Assembly (NCBI GenBank): GCA_049514515.1
Contig: JBEKUZ010000004.1
Location: 15,321-79,320 of the forward strand
DNA from: Thermodesulfobacteriota bacterium
GTDB taxonomy: Bacteria > Desulfobacterota > BSN033 > UBA1163
Direction of reading: 5' to 3'
DNA length: 64,000 bases
The position numbers and the translations under genes were made by a program. The notes under the pieces are model-generated. The model was not told the DNA's origin and ran no database searches. It saw only the letters and a list, made by a program, of their open reading frames with translations. Position 1 is the first letter of the stretch. The number at the start of each line of letters is the position of its first letter. Positions 17,415 through 27,540 of the stretch are shown here, piece by piece.

Positions 17415-18608
17415 TTGGAAAGCGCTGAAAAAATGGAAAGCTATCGATGGATCATCCTGATCATCGTCTATTTATCCATCCTCGCTTTTACGTTCATCTT
17501 CCAATCCATCCCTCCCCTTCTTCCATTGATCACCTCTGATCTGCATCTAACTTACGCCCAATCCGGTCTCGTGATGAGCCTCTTTTCCCTCCCAGGCATC
17601 TTCGTCTCGCTTTTAGGTGGATTTGTTTCAGACCGGTATGGGATGAGGTCTTTAGGAGCAGGCTGTTTCCTATTAATGATCGGCGGAACCTTGCTAGTGG
17701 GATTAGGAATGAATCTGCACATCCTATGGATAGGAAGAATGATCGCTGGGATCGGTGGTTTCACCCTCTCCGTTTTCCTCCCCAAGCTGCTCTCTCAATG
17801 GTTTCGTCACAAGGAATTAGGTCTTGCCATGGGCATTTACAACACCGGCGTTCCCCTTGGCTCGGTGATCTGCTTTGGGCTCTTTGGAGAAATGGGAAGC
17901 CGATGGGGATGGCATGTTCCTATTTTATTGACCGGGCTGTTTCTGTTTATCACGTTCATTCTCTTCTTGAGCCTTTACCGATTGCCCCCTTCGCCAGTGG
18001 CGAGGGAAGGTAGACCGCTCAGCATTTATAGGTCGGTAATAGAGACGGGATGGCCCATCTGGTGGGTGGGCCTTTCCTGGCTCTGGTACAATGCTGCTTT
18101 CACCTCCTTTGCCACTTTCGCGCCCAACCTGTTTTTGCAAAAGGGCTATACAATTGAAGAGAGCGGTCTCCTCATCGGAATTCCTCTTTTAGGTTCTCTC
18201 TTCCTAAGCACCCCCATCGGACATCTGGTGGACCGGTTTAAACATCAGGAATGGTTTATTGGATTAGGAGCCGCTGCATTGGCCGTTCTGGCACTATTCT
18301 TCAATTTTAGCTCTCTGTTTCTGCTTCTCGTCATCCTGATGGGAATCTTCTCCGCAATGATTCCCGCTCCTACTTATTCCCTTCCTCCGGAAATGTTAAA
18401 GGCAGAAAATGTTGGGTTGGGATTCGGGGTCATCTCCACCTGTTCAAGCACCGGCTTATTTATTGCACCCTATCTGGTTGGAAAAGCCAAGGACTTAACA
18501 GGCTCCTACCATTGGAGTTTCATCTTGATCTCGGTCTTCTTCTTTCTCATCGCAATCTTCATCTTCCTTGCTCACCGCTCCCGGAAGAGAAAAGAAAGCC
18601 TTGATTAG
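17415..18608 (+). CDS. MFS transporter
   Basis: 12 predicted TM helices. The MFS motif region GxLxDRxGxR is present as GFVSDRYGMRSL. TTG at 17415 with AAGGGAGA RBS; alternative ATG at 17433. Confidence 0.8.
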   Translation: MESAEKMESYRWIILIIVYLSILAFTFIFQSIPPLLPLITSDLHLTYAQSGLVMSLFSLPGIFVSLLGGFVSDRYGMRSLGAGCFLLMIGGTLLVGLGMNLHILWIGRMIAGIGGFTLSVFLPKLLSQWFRHKELGLAMGIYNTGVPLGSVICFGLFGEMGSRWGWHVPILLTGLFLFITFILFLSLYRLPPSPVAREGRPLSIYRSVIETGWPIWWVGLSWLWYNAAFTSFATFAPNLFLQKGYTIEESGLLIGIPLLGSLFLSTPIGHLVDRFKHQEWFIGLGAAALAVLALFFNFSSLFLLLVILMGIFSAMIPAPTYSLPPEMLKAENVGLGFGVISTCSSTGLFIAPYLVGKAKDLTGSYHWSFILISVFFFLIAIFIFLAHRSRKRKESLD

Positions 18609-18741
18609 CGGTGCCATCAGAGGATCCCAATTTTTTTTGGAAAACTCCGCGGGAACCCTTGACAAGCCAAAACCCTTAGCTTATGAAGAAACGTGTTTCT
18701 GGATGCCGTATACAAAGGTTTGACTGAAAAAGGAGGACGTT

Positions 18742-19428
18742 ATGGAAGTCGGTTTAGGCGGTCTTAAGACCAGCAAAAAGAAATCCCTACGGGAAGAAGT
18801 CTACCAATCATTAAGAAAATCTATTCTCCACGGAAAATTGAAGGGCGGGCAGCGTCTCATTGAGGAGCAATTGGCCGATCAGGTAGGAATCAGCCGTACC
18901 CCTGTCAGAGAGGCTTTCTACAAACTGGAGAGGGAAGAATTAGTCACGCGACTTCCCAAAGGGGGCTTTGCAGTGAGGGAATTCACCAAAGAGGACGTGG
19001 AGGAAATCTTTGGGATTCGGAGTGCCCTCGAAAGTTATGCTGCTTATTTGGCCACCGTTCATATGGCTCCGGATAAGATTTCTATCCTGGAGAGAAAATT
19101 GAAGGAATCGGAAGATGCCTTAGAGAAAGGAGACGATGATAAGGCCCTCCAGCTTCACAACGATTTTTACGATCTCCTCTATAAATCCTGCAGGAGCAGA
19201 AAACTCGCGGAGATGATTAATAACTTCCGCGATTATTTTTATCGGTATCGGTCCGCTCTGCTCCGTACGGAAAATGGAGTGAGCCACACCAATCAATACC
19301 ATCGTCAGATGTTGGAAGCGATGAAGAAGAAGAATCCAAGGCTGGCAGAAAGGCTCGTCCGAATGCATTTGGCGAGAGCAAAGGACCTTGTTCTGAAGGA
19401 AATCGAAGAGGGAAGAATCGTCGCCTGA
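18742..19428 (+). CDS. GntR-family transcriptional regulator (FadR-type FCD C-terminal domain)
   Basis: wHTH region LIEEQLADQVGISRTPVREAFYKLEREELV, then an all-helical FCD domain. AGGAGG RBS. TTGACA-N17-TATGAA promoter at 18648-18682. Confidence 0.85.
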   Translation: MEVGLGGLKTSKKKSLREEVYQSLRKSILHGKLKGGQRLIEEQLADQVGISRTPVREAFYKLEREELVTRLPKGGFAVREFTKEDVEEIFGIRSALESYAAYLATVHMAPDKISILERKLKESEDALEKGDDDKALQLHNDFYDLLYKSCRSRKLAEMINNFRDYFYRYRSALLRTENGVSHTNQYHRQMLEAMKKKNPRLAERLVRMHLARAKDLVLKEIEEGRIVA

Positions 19429-19753
19429 AGCGGGACAGGCTACTTTTTCAGTCATCTATTACCCATCATAAGTCGTTGCCGGACCTAAGAAAAACCAGCC
19501 TGTCTCATCTTTCCCCTCTTTTACAAAAATGTCAATTTCTAAGTAAATTTTTCATAATTTGTCCGTCTTTCTCCACTAATGTCCTCTCAAGTGCATTTAC
19601 ATACCTTACCTCCCATAATCTAGACATTCCTTAAAATACAGTGGGTTACAAAAAAATCGGTATCTTCGTGAAGAATTTGGAGCATCTTGGAACAAAACTT
19701 GCTTTTTTGCTAATCCTTAGGAAAATCTATACCCATAGTTAGGCTATACCATC

Positions 19754-22231
19754 ATGGCAAAAGACCCAAACAGAGTCATTTCCGAGCTACATAAAGGAAG
19801 ATATATACCCATCCAAAACATAAAGAGAAAGAAAATAGCTACCCATTTAGCAGATCGGAAAACAACTCGACCCCTCAAAAACTCGGCCATTACCATGCCC
19901 TTACTTGCTAAACAGATGGAGGAGGCACTGCGTCGGAGTGAGGAGAAATACCGAACCATCATTGAGAACATGCAGGAGGGTTATTATGAGCTTGACCTTG
20001 CCGGTCGTTTTACCTTTGTTAATGACGCGCTTTGCAAACATCTCGGATATACCAAAGAGGAATTGGTCGGGACGCGCGCCCGACAGTATCAAGATGAAAC
20101 AACCACTAAGAAAATGCATCAGATATTCACCGAACTCTACAGAACAGGGGAACCGGTTAAGGCATTAGAGTCGGAATATATCAGAAAAGACGGCACCAAA
20201 GGGACTTACGAACTGTCGGTATCTCTTCTACGGGATGCACAAGGCAAACCCATCGGATTCCGGGGTGTTTCTCGGGACATCACCGAGCGCAAGCAGACGG
20301 AGGAGGCACTGCGAAGAAGTGAGGAGAAATACCGAACCATTCTTAAAAACATGGAAGAGGGTTATTACGAAGTAGACCTTGCCGGTAATTTCACCTTTGT
20401 CAATGATGTCATCTCCAGACATCTCGGGTATACCAAAGAGGAATTGATCGGGATGAACTACCGGAAGTATGCGAGCGAGGAAACCTCTAAAGAGTTGTAT
20501 CAGCACTTTAGCGAACTCTACCGAACAGGCCAACCGATTAAGCCATTCGCGGTGGAATATATCAGGAGAGACAGAACCAAACTGATTTCTGAAATTTCGG
20601 TATCTCTTATAAGAGACCTCGAAGGGAAGCCGATCGGGTTTCGTGGAATCTCGCGCGATATCACCGAGCGCAAACAAGCAGAGGAGACATTGCGGAGAAG
20701 CGAGGAGAGATACCGAACCATTATCGAGAACCTCCAGGACGGCTATTTTGAGAACGACCTTGCCGGTAATTTAACCTTTGTGAACGATATCATCTGCCGA
20801 AATCTCAGATATACCAGAGAGGAACTAATCGGGATGAATTACCGGCAGTATACGGACGAGGAAGACCGTAAAAAGGTGCTTCAACTTTATGGCGAACTGT
20901 ACAGAACAGGGCAGCCTGTTAAGTCATTGGAAGTAAAACATGTCAGAAAAGATGGGGCCAAACTGTTTGCCGAGATCTCGTCATCTCTTATACGGGATTC
21001 GGAAGGAAAACCGATCGGGTTTCGAGGCATCTCGCATAACATCACCGAGCGCAAGCAGGCAGAAGAGGAGAAGTTATCTCTTCAAGAGCAGCTTCGGCAG
21101 GCGCAGAAAATGGAGGCCGTTGGCCAGTTGGCAGGGGGGGTGGCTCACGACTTTAACAACCTCCTGACCGTTATCAAGGGCTACAGCCAACTTTCCCTCT
21201 TCGACCTTAAAGAAGATAACCCCCTTTGGGGAAACATCCAAGAGATTGAAAAAGCCAGTCAACGGGCAACGGATCTAACTCGCCAACTTTTAGCCTTCAG
21301 CCGTCGTCAGATCTTGGACCTCAAAGTGGTCGATCTCAACGTCCTCCTAGAAGATCTGGAAAAGATGCTGCGCCGGATCATCGGCGAGGACATTACATTG
21401 GCCACTCTTCTATCCGAAGGTTTAGGAAAGGTCAAAGTAGATCCGGGTCAGATCGAGCAAGTGATCCTCAATTTAGCCGTAAACGCCAGGGATGCAATGC
21501 CCTCCGGCGGGAAACTCACCATCGAAACGGCGAATGTGGAGTTGGACGAAGAGTATGCCCATGCCCATGTCAATGTGGCCCCGGGTCGATATGTGAGGCT
21601 TTCCGTCAGCGATACGGGGGTTGGGATGACACCGGAGGTGAAAGAAAAGGTCTTCGAGCCCTTCTTTACGACTAAAGAAAAAGGAAAGGGGACCGGATTG
21701 GGCCTCTCCATGGTTTACGGAATTGTCAAGCAGAGCAATGGGAATATCTGGCTTTATAGTGAACCGGGGCGTGGGACCACCTTCAGGATTTATTTTCCAA
21801 GGGCGGAGGAAGAGGCAGATGGTCTTCATAAGGAAGAAGTAACGGATGTCTTTCCGAGGGGTAGTGAGACAATCCTTCTGGTGGAGGACGACGAATTGGT
21901 GCGAAACCTGGCAACCCGACTTTTAGAGCAGCAGGGCTACAGGGTCTTGAAGGCAACCAACGGCCAAGAGGCGCTGCGCGTCGCGAAGGAACATGTCGGA
22001 GAAACGATCCACCTCCTGCTGTCTGACATTGTGATGCCTCAGATGGGTGGAAAAGAGTTGTCCGATTGGCTTAAAATCTCGCGGCCCAACGTCAAGGTCC
22101 TTTATACCTCGGGTTATGCGGACGATGCGATTGTCCACCACGGTGTGCTGGACCCGGGGACCCATTTCTTGCAGAAACCTTTCTCTCTCAAAACGTTATC
22201 ACACAAGGTACGCGAAGTATTGGATGAGTAA
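19754..22231 (+). CDS. Hybrid sensor histidine kinase with multiple PAS domains and C-terminal receiver domain
   Basis: Repeated PAS units (EEALRRSEEKYRTI...GYTKEEL...YRTGQP...), HisKA (VAHDFNNLLTVIKGY), HATPase_c (GTGLGLSMVYGIV), REC (ILLVEDDELVRNL...LLSDIVMPQMGG). Confidence 0.9.
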   Translation: MAKDPNRVISELHKGRYIPIQNIKRKKIATHLADRKTTRPLKNSAITMPLLAKQMEEALRRSEEKYRTIIENMQEGYYELDLAGRFTFVNDALCKHLGYTKEELVGTRARQYQDETTTKKMHQIFTELYRTGEPVKALESEYIRKDGTKGTYELSVSLLRDAQGKPIGFRGVSRDITERKQTEEALRRSEEKYRTILKNMEEGYYEVDLAGNFTFVNDVISRHLGYTKEELIGMNYRKYASEETSKELYQHFSELYRTGQPIKPFAVEYIRRDRTKLISEISVSLIRDLEGKPIGFRGISRDITERKQAEETLRRSEERYRTIIENLQDGYFENDLAGNLTFVNDIICRNLRYTREELIGMNYRQYTDEEDRKKVLQLYGELYRTGQPVKSLEVKHVRKDGAKLFAEISSSLIRDSEGKPIGFRGISHNITERKQAEEEKLSLQEQLRQAQKMEAVGQLAGGVAHDFNNLLTVIKGYSQLSLFDLKEDNPLWGNIQEIEKASQRATDLTRQLLAFSRRQILDLKVVDLNVLLEDLEKMLRRIIGEDITLATLLSEGLGKVKVDPGQIEQVILNLAVNARDAMPSGGKLTIETANVELDEEYAHAHVNVAPGRYVRLSVSDTGVGMTPEVKEKVFEPFFTTKEKGKGTGLGLSMVYGIVKQSNGNIWLYSEPGRGTTFRIYFPRAEEEADGLHKEEVTDVFPRGSETILLVEDDELVRNLATRLLEQQGYRVLKATNGQEALRVAKEHVGETIHLLLSDIVMPQMGGKELSDWLKISRPNVKVLYTSGYADDAIVHHGVLDPGTHFLQKPFSLKTLSHKVREVLDE
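19918..21051 (+). repeat. Three tandem 378-bp repeats encoding PAS modules
   Basis: Units at 19918-20295, 20296-20673 and 20674-21051, each starting GAGGAGGCACTGCG.AG.AG.GAGGAGA.ATACCGAACCAT and ending ATCACCGAGCGCAAGCAG.C. Roughly 75-80% nucleotide identity. Confidence 0.85.
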
Positions 22232-22284
22232 GCCGGGATGAGGAGAGAGGCGAAGATTAATTTGGAACAGATTGGAGCCATTCA

Positions 22285-22473
22285 ATGAAAGAGATTATGA
22301 CACCCCGTGAGGCAGCCGAATATCTGAGCGTTCATGTTCGAACGATCTACCGTTTGGCTAAGAACGGGGATATCCCCGGTCGCAAGGTAGGTGGGAGCTG
22401 GAGGTTCAAAAAGGATGCCCTGGATGAATGGCTCTCATGGAGAGAAGCCCCCTTTTCGTACGGCAAAAGATAG
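22285..22473 (+). CDS. Excisionase-family helix-turn-helix DNA-binding protein
   Basis: MTPREAAEYLSVHVRTIYRLAKNGDIPGRKVGGSWRF, a typical Xis/MerR-like HTH (TIGR01764-type). Confidence 0.6.
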   Translation: MKEIMTPREAAEYLSVHVRTIYRLAKNGDIPGRKVGGSWRFKKDALDEWLSWREAPFSYGKR

Positions 22474-22636
22474 AATGAGAGGATTCAAGGGAGCAAGTGA
22501 AGTGATTAAGAATGGTAAGGAATTAATGGCCTGGCAGAAAGTGTATCAACAAAAGACGTGTGACCCCGTAAACCCTCGCCTGCTTGCAGGCGAGCCCGAG
22601 ACTTTTGCGGGGACTTCTTAGGAGAAGGACTTAAGA

Positions 22637-24190
22637 GTGGAAAGTCGAATCTTAATCGTGGATGACGAAAAAGAGATCAGGGGTTTTCTCAGCAAGGCCC
22701 TCACCCGTCTTGGAGGGTTTCAGGTGGAACTTGCGGAGTCGGGAGAAGATGCGCTTCAAAAAATGGAGAAAGACCCTTTTGACCTGGTTTTGACGGATCT
22801 GAAAATGCCAAAGATGGACGGACTCCAATTGATCTCAGAGATCGCCAAATCAAAACCGGAAACCCTCACGATGATGATGACGGGTCATGGAACCATTGAC
22901 TCCGCATTGACGGCGATGAAACGGGGAGCGAGTGATTATCTCATGAAGCCCCTCAACCTCGATGAGCTGATCGTCCGCATCCGAAAGGTCTTGGAGGAGA
23001 AACAACGCTTTGTCAGGCTGAGGGACTTCGCCGATCAATTGGAAAAGGCCAACCAGGAGTTGAGAAGGATTGACGGCATGAAGTCCGAGTTTGTCTCGGT
23101 CGCTTCTCATGAGTTAAGGACCCCGCTCGCTGCCATTAAGAATGCAGTCCAATTGGTCCTGAAGGGGACTGCCGGGAAGATTAATGAAAATCAAGAGAAG
23201 TTTCTTTCCATGGCGGAGAGAAATATCAATCGCCTGACCAATATCCTCAACGATCTTCTAAACCTCTCGAGGATTGAGTCTGGAAAGATTGAAATGAAGT
23301 TTGAGAATATTGGATTGAAAGAGATTGTCGAACTGACCGCATCCTCCCTCAAGCCCCACGCCGACGGGAAATCGATAAAAATTGACGTGGAAATCAATGA
23401 AGCCCTCCCGACGATCTATGCAGATCCGGAAAAAATAGAACAGATTCTCACGAACCTTATCGGCAACGCAATTAAATTCACGCCGGAGGGAGGAAGAATT
23501 CTCATTGCTGCCCAACCCCTCGCCCACGACGGAAAGGATAGTTATGGCGACAGGGTCGCTGTCTCCGTGAAAGACACAGGGATTGGGATTCCGTCCGAAC
23601 ATTTCGATGCTATCTTCGAAAAATTCCACCAGGTAGAAAGCTCGCTTCAACGGTCGGTGAGCGGAACAGGATTGGGCCTGGCGATCACAAAAGGGTTGGT
23701 GGAAGCTCATCAAGGAAAAATCTGGGTGGAAAGCGAATTGGGGAAAGGAAGCACATTTACATTCACCTTACCCATCTCGGAAGGCGAGAGAAGGGACCCT
23801 TATTTCCGTCTCATCCTGGATAAGGAGTTTCAGCGGGCCCTGGAAAATGATGCTCCTCTCACCCTCTTTCTGATCGAGGTCCTGGATGAACAGGGAGAGG
23901 TCAAAGAGACATTATTAAACCAATTGGAAGAGAGGGTTAAGCAGTGTCTTTGTCGGAAGGCAGATATCTTATTGAGGCGGGAGAAAGAGAAAATATTGGC
24001 CGCTTTATGCGAGGCAGACCTCAAAGGGGCTCAGATCATCCGGCAGCGGATTGAGGAAGGAATTCAAAAGACCCCTGTTGGAGGTCAGGAAGCCGCTGCC
24101 GTCATCAAAGTGGGGACGGCCACTTACCCTGAAGAGGCCGTTTCAAAGGCCGAACTCTTCAGGCTCGCAAAACAAAGATTGGGAGGTTGA
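22637..24190 (+). CDS. Response-regulator/histidine-kinase hybrid (REC-HisKA-HATPase) with C-terminal degenerate GGDEF-like domain
   Basis: GTG start. REC ([11 protein letters not shown]...DLKMPKMDG), HisKA ([11 protein letters not shown]), HATPase ([13 protein letters not shown]). C-terminal ~170 aa has the GGDEF fold pattern but lacks the GG(D/E)EF motif. Confidence 0.8.
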   Translation: MESRILIVDDEKEIRGFLSKALTRLGGFQVELAESGEDALQKMEKDPFDLVLTDLKMPKMDGLQLISEIAKSKPETLTMMMTGHGTIDSALTAMKRGASDYLMKPLNLDELIVRIRKVLEEKQRFVRLRDFADQLEKANQELRRIDGMKSEFVSVASHELRTPLAAIKNAVQLVLKGTAGKINENQEKFLSMAERNINRLTNILNDLLNLSRIESGKIEMKFENIGLKEIVELTASSLKPHADGKSIKIDVEINEALPTIYADPEKIEQILTNLIGNAIKFTPEGGRILIAAQPLAHDGKDSYGDRVAVSVKDTGIGIPSEHFDAIFEKFHQVESSLQRSVSGTGLGLAITKGLVEAHQGKIWVESELGKGSTFTFTLPISEGERRDPYFRLILDKEFQRALENDAPLTLFLIEVLDEQGEVKETLLNQLEERVKQCLCRKADILLRREKEKILAALCEADLKGAQIIRQRIEEGIQKTPVGGQEAAAVIKVGTATYPEEAVSKAELFRLAKQRLGG

Positions 24191-24193
24191 AAG

Positions 24194-24565
24194 ATGAATC
24201 CAAAAAAAATTTTGATTGTCGATGACGAAGTCGACCTGGTGGAAACCGTCCGTTTCCCCTTGGAGATCGAGGGATATCATGTCCTGGTTGCTTACAACGG
24301 CGAAGATGCCTTGAGTCAGGCTCGCAAAGAAAGCCCGGACCTGATCCTCCTGGACCTCATGCTTCCAAAATTGGATGGGTATAAGGTATGCCGACTATTG
24401 AAATTTGACGAAAGATATAAGCACATCCCCATCCTCATGTTGACCGCCAAGACTCAGGAAAAGGATAAAGTCATCGGAATGGAGACAGGGGCGAACGAGT
24501 ATATCACCAAACCCTTTGATATGGACTATTTGTTGAAGAAGGTGAAGGAGTATTTGAGTAAATGA
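24194..24565 (+). CDS. Single-domain response regulator (CheY-like receiver)
   Basis: ILIVDDEVDLVE...DLILLDLMLPKLDG...K. GGAGG RBS. Confidence 0.85.
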   Translation: MNPKKILIVDDEVDLVETVRFPLEIEGYHVLVAYNGEDALSQARKESPDLILLDLMLPKLDGYKVCRLLKFDERYKHIPILMLTAKTQEKDKVIGMETGANEYITKPFDMDYLLKKVKEYLSK

Positions 24566-24647
24566 AGTTCAAAGTTCAGAGTTCGGAGATTTGGGTCAAT
24601 GGCCCCGAACTCCGAACTACTTACTCCGAACTTTAGTTGGTGAGAAC

Positions 24648-25865
24648 ATGCCGACTTTTAAGTATCGTGTGAGGGACAGATTAGGGAAGGCCATGACCGG
24701 GACGATCGAGGCTCAGACCGTCGAGGTGGCAGGGAATCACCTTTACCAGAGGGGATACTTCCCCATCGCCATTGAAAAGGAGTCGGCTTCGGCCTCCCTC
24801 GATTTGTCGGACTTCTGGAAACGATTCAACAAAGTGAAGCCGGAGGAAATAATCGTCTTCAGTCAGCAGCTTTCCACTTTATATAAAGCAGGATTACCCT
24901 TGCTTACAGGGTTAAAAGGTCTGAGAGACCAGACATTGAATCAACGGTTTAAAAAAGTACTGGAAGAAATCGATCTCCAGGTGGAAGGAGGAAATACACT
25001 TTTTGGGGCTATGTCCAAGCACCCGGATGTCTTTTCTGCGGTTTATCTCAATATGATCCGGGCCGGTGAAGCTTCAGGAAGGCTGGGCGAATCGCTCGAC
25101 CGTTACGCTGCCCTTGCCGATCGAGAATTGAGGAGTCGCCAAAAAGTAAACGAGGCAACCCGTTATCCTAAGATTGTCGTCGTTTCAGTAATCATCGCAT
25201 TTGTCGTCTTGCTCTCTTTTGTCATCCCGCGGTTTGCCCAGGTTTTTTCCCAATTTAACACACCCCTGCCCTTGCCCACCCGGATAATGATCGGGGTTAA
25301 TAACCTGTTTCATGATTTTTGGTATCTTATTTTACCCGTATTTGTGTTCATACCGATCCTGCTGAGACGCTATATTCATACGGAGAAAGGAAAGATCTTC
25401 TGGGATAGCCTCAAGACAAGAATTCCTGGAATCGGCCATCTCTTCGTCATCTCTGCCCTCTCACGGTTTGCTCATACCTTTGTCATGCTAAACAAGAGTG
25501 GTATTCCTATCCTTCAGACTCTCGAAGTCTCTTCCACTACCATCAACAACGTTGTTATTTCTCAATCGATTCGAGAAATCAGCCAACAGGTAAGAGAAGG
25601 AGGAAGCCTGGCGGATTCGATGAGCAAGAGTGGAAGGTTTACCCCTCTCGTTATCCAGATGGTAGGGGTGGGGGAGACGACAGGAACATTGGATGAGATG
25701 CTGGTGAGAATAACGGAATACTATGATATCGAGCTGGAAAACGCGATCAAAAAGATGACTACTTACATTGAACCTGCTTTGACGTTGTTTATGGGTGTTG
25801 TGGTTTTGCTTCTGGCACTGGCCGTGTTCTTGCCATGGTGGAATATGGCCAAACTATTCAGATAA
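24648..25865 (+). CDS. pilC: Type IV pilus/T2SS platform protein PilC/GspF family (MshG-like)
   Basis: Two GspF repeats, three TM segments. The start MPTFKYRV matches PilC N-termini. Confidence 0.9.
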   Translation: MPTFKYRVRDRLGKAMTGTIEAQTVEVAGNHLYQRGYFPIAIEKESASASLDLSDFWKRFNKVKPEEIIVFSQQLSTLYKAGLPLLTGLKGLRDQTLNQRFKKVLEEIDLQVEGGNTLFGAMSKHPDVFSAVYLNMIRAGEASGRLGESLDRYAALADRELRSRQKVNEATRYPKIVVVSVIIAFVVLLSFVIPRFAQVFSQFNTPLPLPTRIMIGVNNLFHDFWYLILPVFVFIPILLRRYIHTEKGKIFWDSLKTRIPGIGHLFVISALSRFAHTFVMLNKSGIPILQTLEVSSTTINNVVISQSIREISQQVREGGSLADSMSKSGRFTPLVIQMVGVGETTGTLDEMLVRITEYYDIELENAIKKMTTYIEPALTLFMGVVVLLLALAVFLPWWNMAKLFR

Positions 25866-26320
25866 GGTCCGAGGAAAGATGTTTAAGAAGATGCAAATTA
25901 ATCCTGCAACAGTAACCACAGCGAAGATCGTCATTCCCGCCCCGATTTTCACCGGGATAAACTCCAACGGGAATCCAGACGTCGTCCCTGCGAAAGCAGG
26001 GAACCAGTTTTCAAATACTGGATTCCCCCGTGTCAAACACGGGGCAGGCTTAATCAAACCGGGAATAACAGAACGGCTAGGTCTTATATTGCCGTACATA
26101 AAAAATGATTTGGCAGCAGTGGCCTTCGATTTGCGCCGGATTTTATTGCCTCTGACCATTTGGTCATGCCATGCGTGGGTGGCCCCTACGTTCAGGTTGT
26201 ACCATGGTTTGGCAGCCGCACTTCACCCACAGGATGAGGCGCTAAAACCAAAATTCTTGAACGCAAATCCGAGATCCCAACCCAAGTTCGGGATGACAAA
26301 AAGAGAAGAAACGGACAGTC

Positions 26321-26425
26321 ATGTCATGCTGAACCCTGAAGGTGTCATGCCGAACTCTGAATGTGTTATGCCGAACGCCCAAAGTGTCATGCCGAACGCC
26401 CAAAGTGTCATGCCGAACTTGTTTC
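26321..26425 (+). repeat. Tandem 21-bp repeat array (GTGTCATGCCGAACGCCCAAA x about 5)
   Basis: Units at 26342, 26363, 26384 and 26405, with a degenerate copy at about 26321. Ends in the palindrome ATGCCGAA-cttg-TTCGGCAT. Lies about 100 bp upstream of the first pseudopilin gene. Confidence 0.8.
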
Positions 26426-26529
26426 GGCATCTCTCCAGGGCAGGCTTGTTTCAGCATTTGGTTCATTCTTTTCCCGCTGTCAGCAGACGCAGTATTAATA
26501 AACCTTCGGACCCTCGACCCCTTGAACCC

Positions 26530-26967
26530 GTGAACTCTTCGGGGTTCACCGTAATCGAACTCATCGTGGTCATAGTCATCATCGGAATTTTGGCTGCTAC
26601 TGTGCTGCCCAGGATCAATTTTGGCTCCGTCTCCTCTCAAACCTCCGTGGCCGGAGCAGCGAATATGGTCCGCTCCGACATCCGATATACCCAAGAATGC
26701 GCGATGGCCAGTCGGGTTTCTAAAGCTATCAGCTTCACGTCGGGCCAATCTTCATATACCTTCCCGGCGACCAACCCTTCTACCAGCAGTCTTGATCCTA
26801 CGGGACGACTTCAAGGAGCAGCGATTGGCACTACAGTCCAATTTACTTTTAATTCTCTTGGGGAACCAAGTACATCCTCCGTAGGGGTTTGGACAGTGAG
26901 TGTCTCTGACGGGGTAACGACAATACCAATTACTATAACCCAATATACAGGAGAGGTGGCTTATTGA
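26530..26967 (+). CDS. Prepilin-type N-terminal cleavage/methylation-domain protein (minor pilin/pseudopilin)
   Basis: GTG start giving (M)NSSG|FTVIELIVVIVIIGILAA. The track ORF from 25795 is rejected as a single protein. No clear RBS, so the start is uncertain. Confidence 0.55.
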   Translation: MNSSGFTVIELIVVIVIIGILAATVLPRINFGSVSSQTSVAGAANMVRSDIRYTQECAMASRVSKAISFTSGQSSYTFPATNPSTSSLDPTGRLQGAAIGTTVQFTFNSLGEPSTSSVGVWTVSVSDGVTTIPITITQYTGEVAY

Positions 26968-27094
26968 TTGCGGATATCGGAATGCGGATTTCAAAATAAA
27001 AATCAGTTTGTTTGATGCAAACAGGTAAGGATGGTTATGAAAAAGAAAGATCTAAATGAGAGAACAAGAAGCTTCATCCACTGTTTGTCGTACT

Positions 27095-27124
27095 GCGGAC
27101 ACGGAACACGGACACGGTCACGTT
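27095..27124 (+). promoter_or_regulatory. CACGGACACG motif copy immediately upstream of the pseudopilin start
   Basis: GCGGACACGGAACACGGACACGGTCACGTTATTTT-ATG. Related to 5681-5717 (reverse complement) and 53252-53300. Confidence 0.45.
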
Positions 27125-27129
27125 ATTTT

Positions 27130-27516
27130 ATGAATAGAAGGGGCTTCACACTTATTGAAATTATCGTCTTGATCGTGATGGCGGGTATCCTCATCTCCGC
27201 TATTGTCGTCCCTTTTACAACCGGCATTCGAACAAGTAATAAGCCTGAAATGGTAGCGACAGCCATGTACCTTGCGCACCAGAAGATGGAAGAATTGATG
27301 AAATTTAATTATTGCCAGGCACCCGATTTAACTCCTGGTACATATACACTGCCGGCGCCACCTATTGCTGGCTACACGTGGCAATGGGTGATTTCCTATG
27401 TGACCAATACTTTCGCTGCCTCAGGGTCGGATGTCGGTTATAAAATGATTCAGGTCACTGTAAAAGACCCACAAGGCAGTACTTATAATGTCTATTCGGT
27501 TATTACAAGATTTTAA
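27130..27516 (+). CDS. Prepilin-type minor pilin/pseudopilin
   Basis: MNRRG|FTLIEIIVLIVMAGILI. The start is trimmed from the track ORF (27031). Confidence 0.7.
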   Translation: MNRRGFTLIEIIVLIVMAGILISAIVVPFTTGIRTSNKPEMVATAMYLAHQKMEELMKFNYCQAPDLTPGTYTLPAPPIAGYTWQWVISYVTNTFAASGSDVGYKMIQVTVKDPQGSTYNVYSVITRF

Positions 27517-27540
27517 TAACGAGGGAAGAAACGCCAAGGC

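Noticed and set aside
26321-26425. Possible CRISPR array
   Set aside because: The units are contiguous 21-mers with no unique spacers, and there are no cas genes. It is a simple tandem repeat.
26440-26470. Sigma-54 promoter for the minor-pilin operon
   Set aside because: GG and GC dinucleotides are present, but spacing is off by 1-2 nt from TGGCAC-N5-TTGC in every register I tried.
25795-26967. 390-aa ORF spanning the pilC 3' end, the 21-bp repeat array and the pseudopilin
   Set aside because: The prepilin FTVIEL motif must be near the N-terminus. The upstream 220 codons are low-complexity repeat DNA (VMPN repeats) overlapping pilC in another frame. The gene was shortened to a GTG start at 26530.
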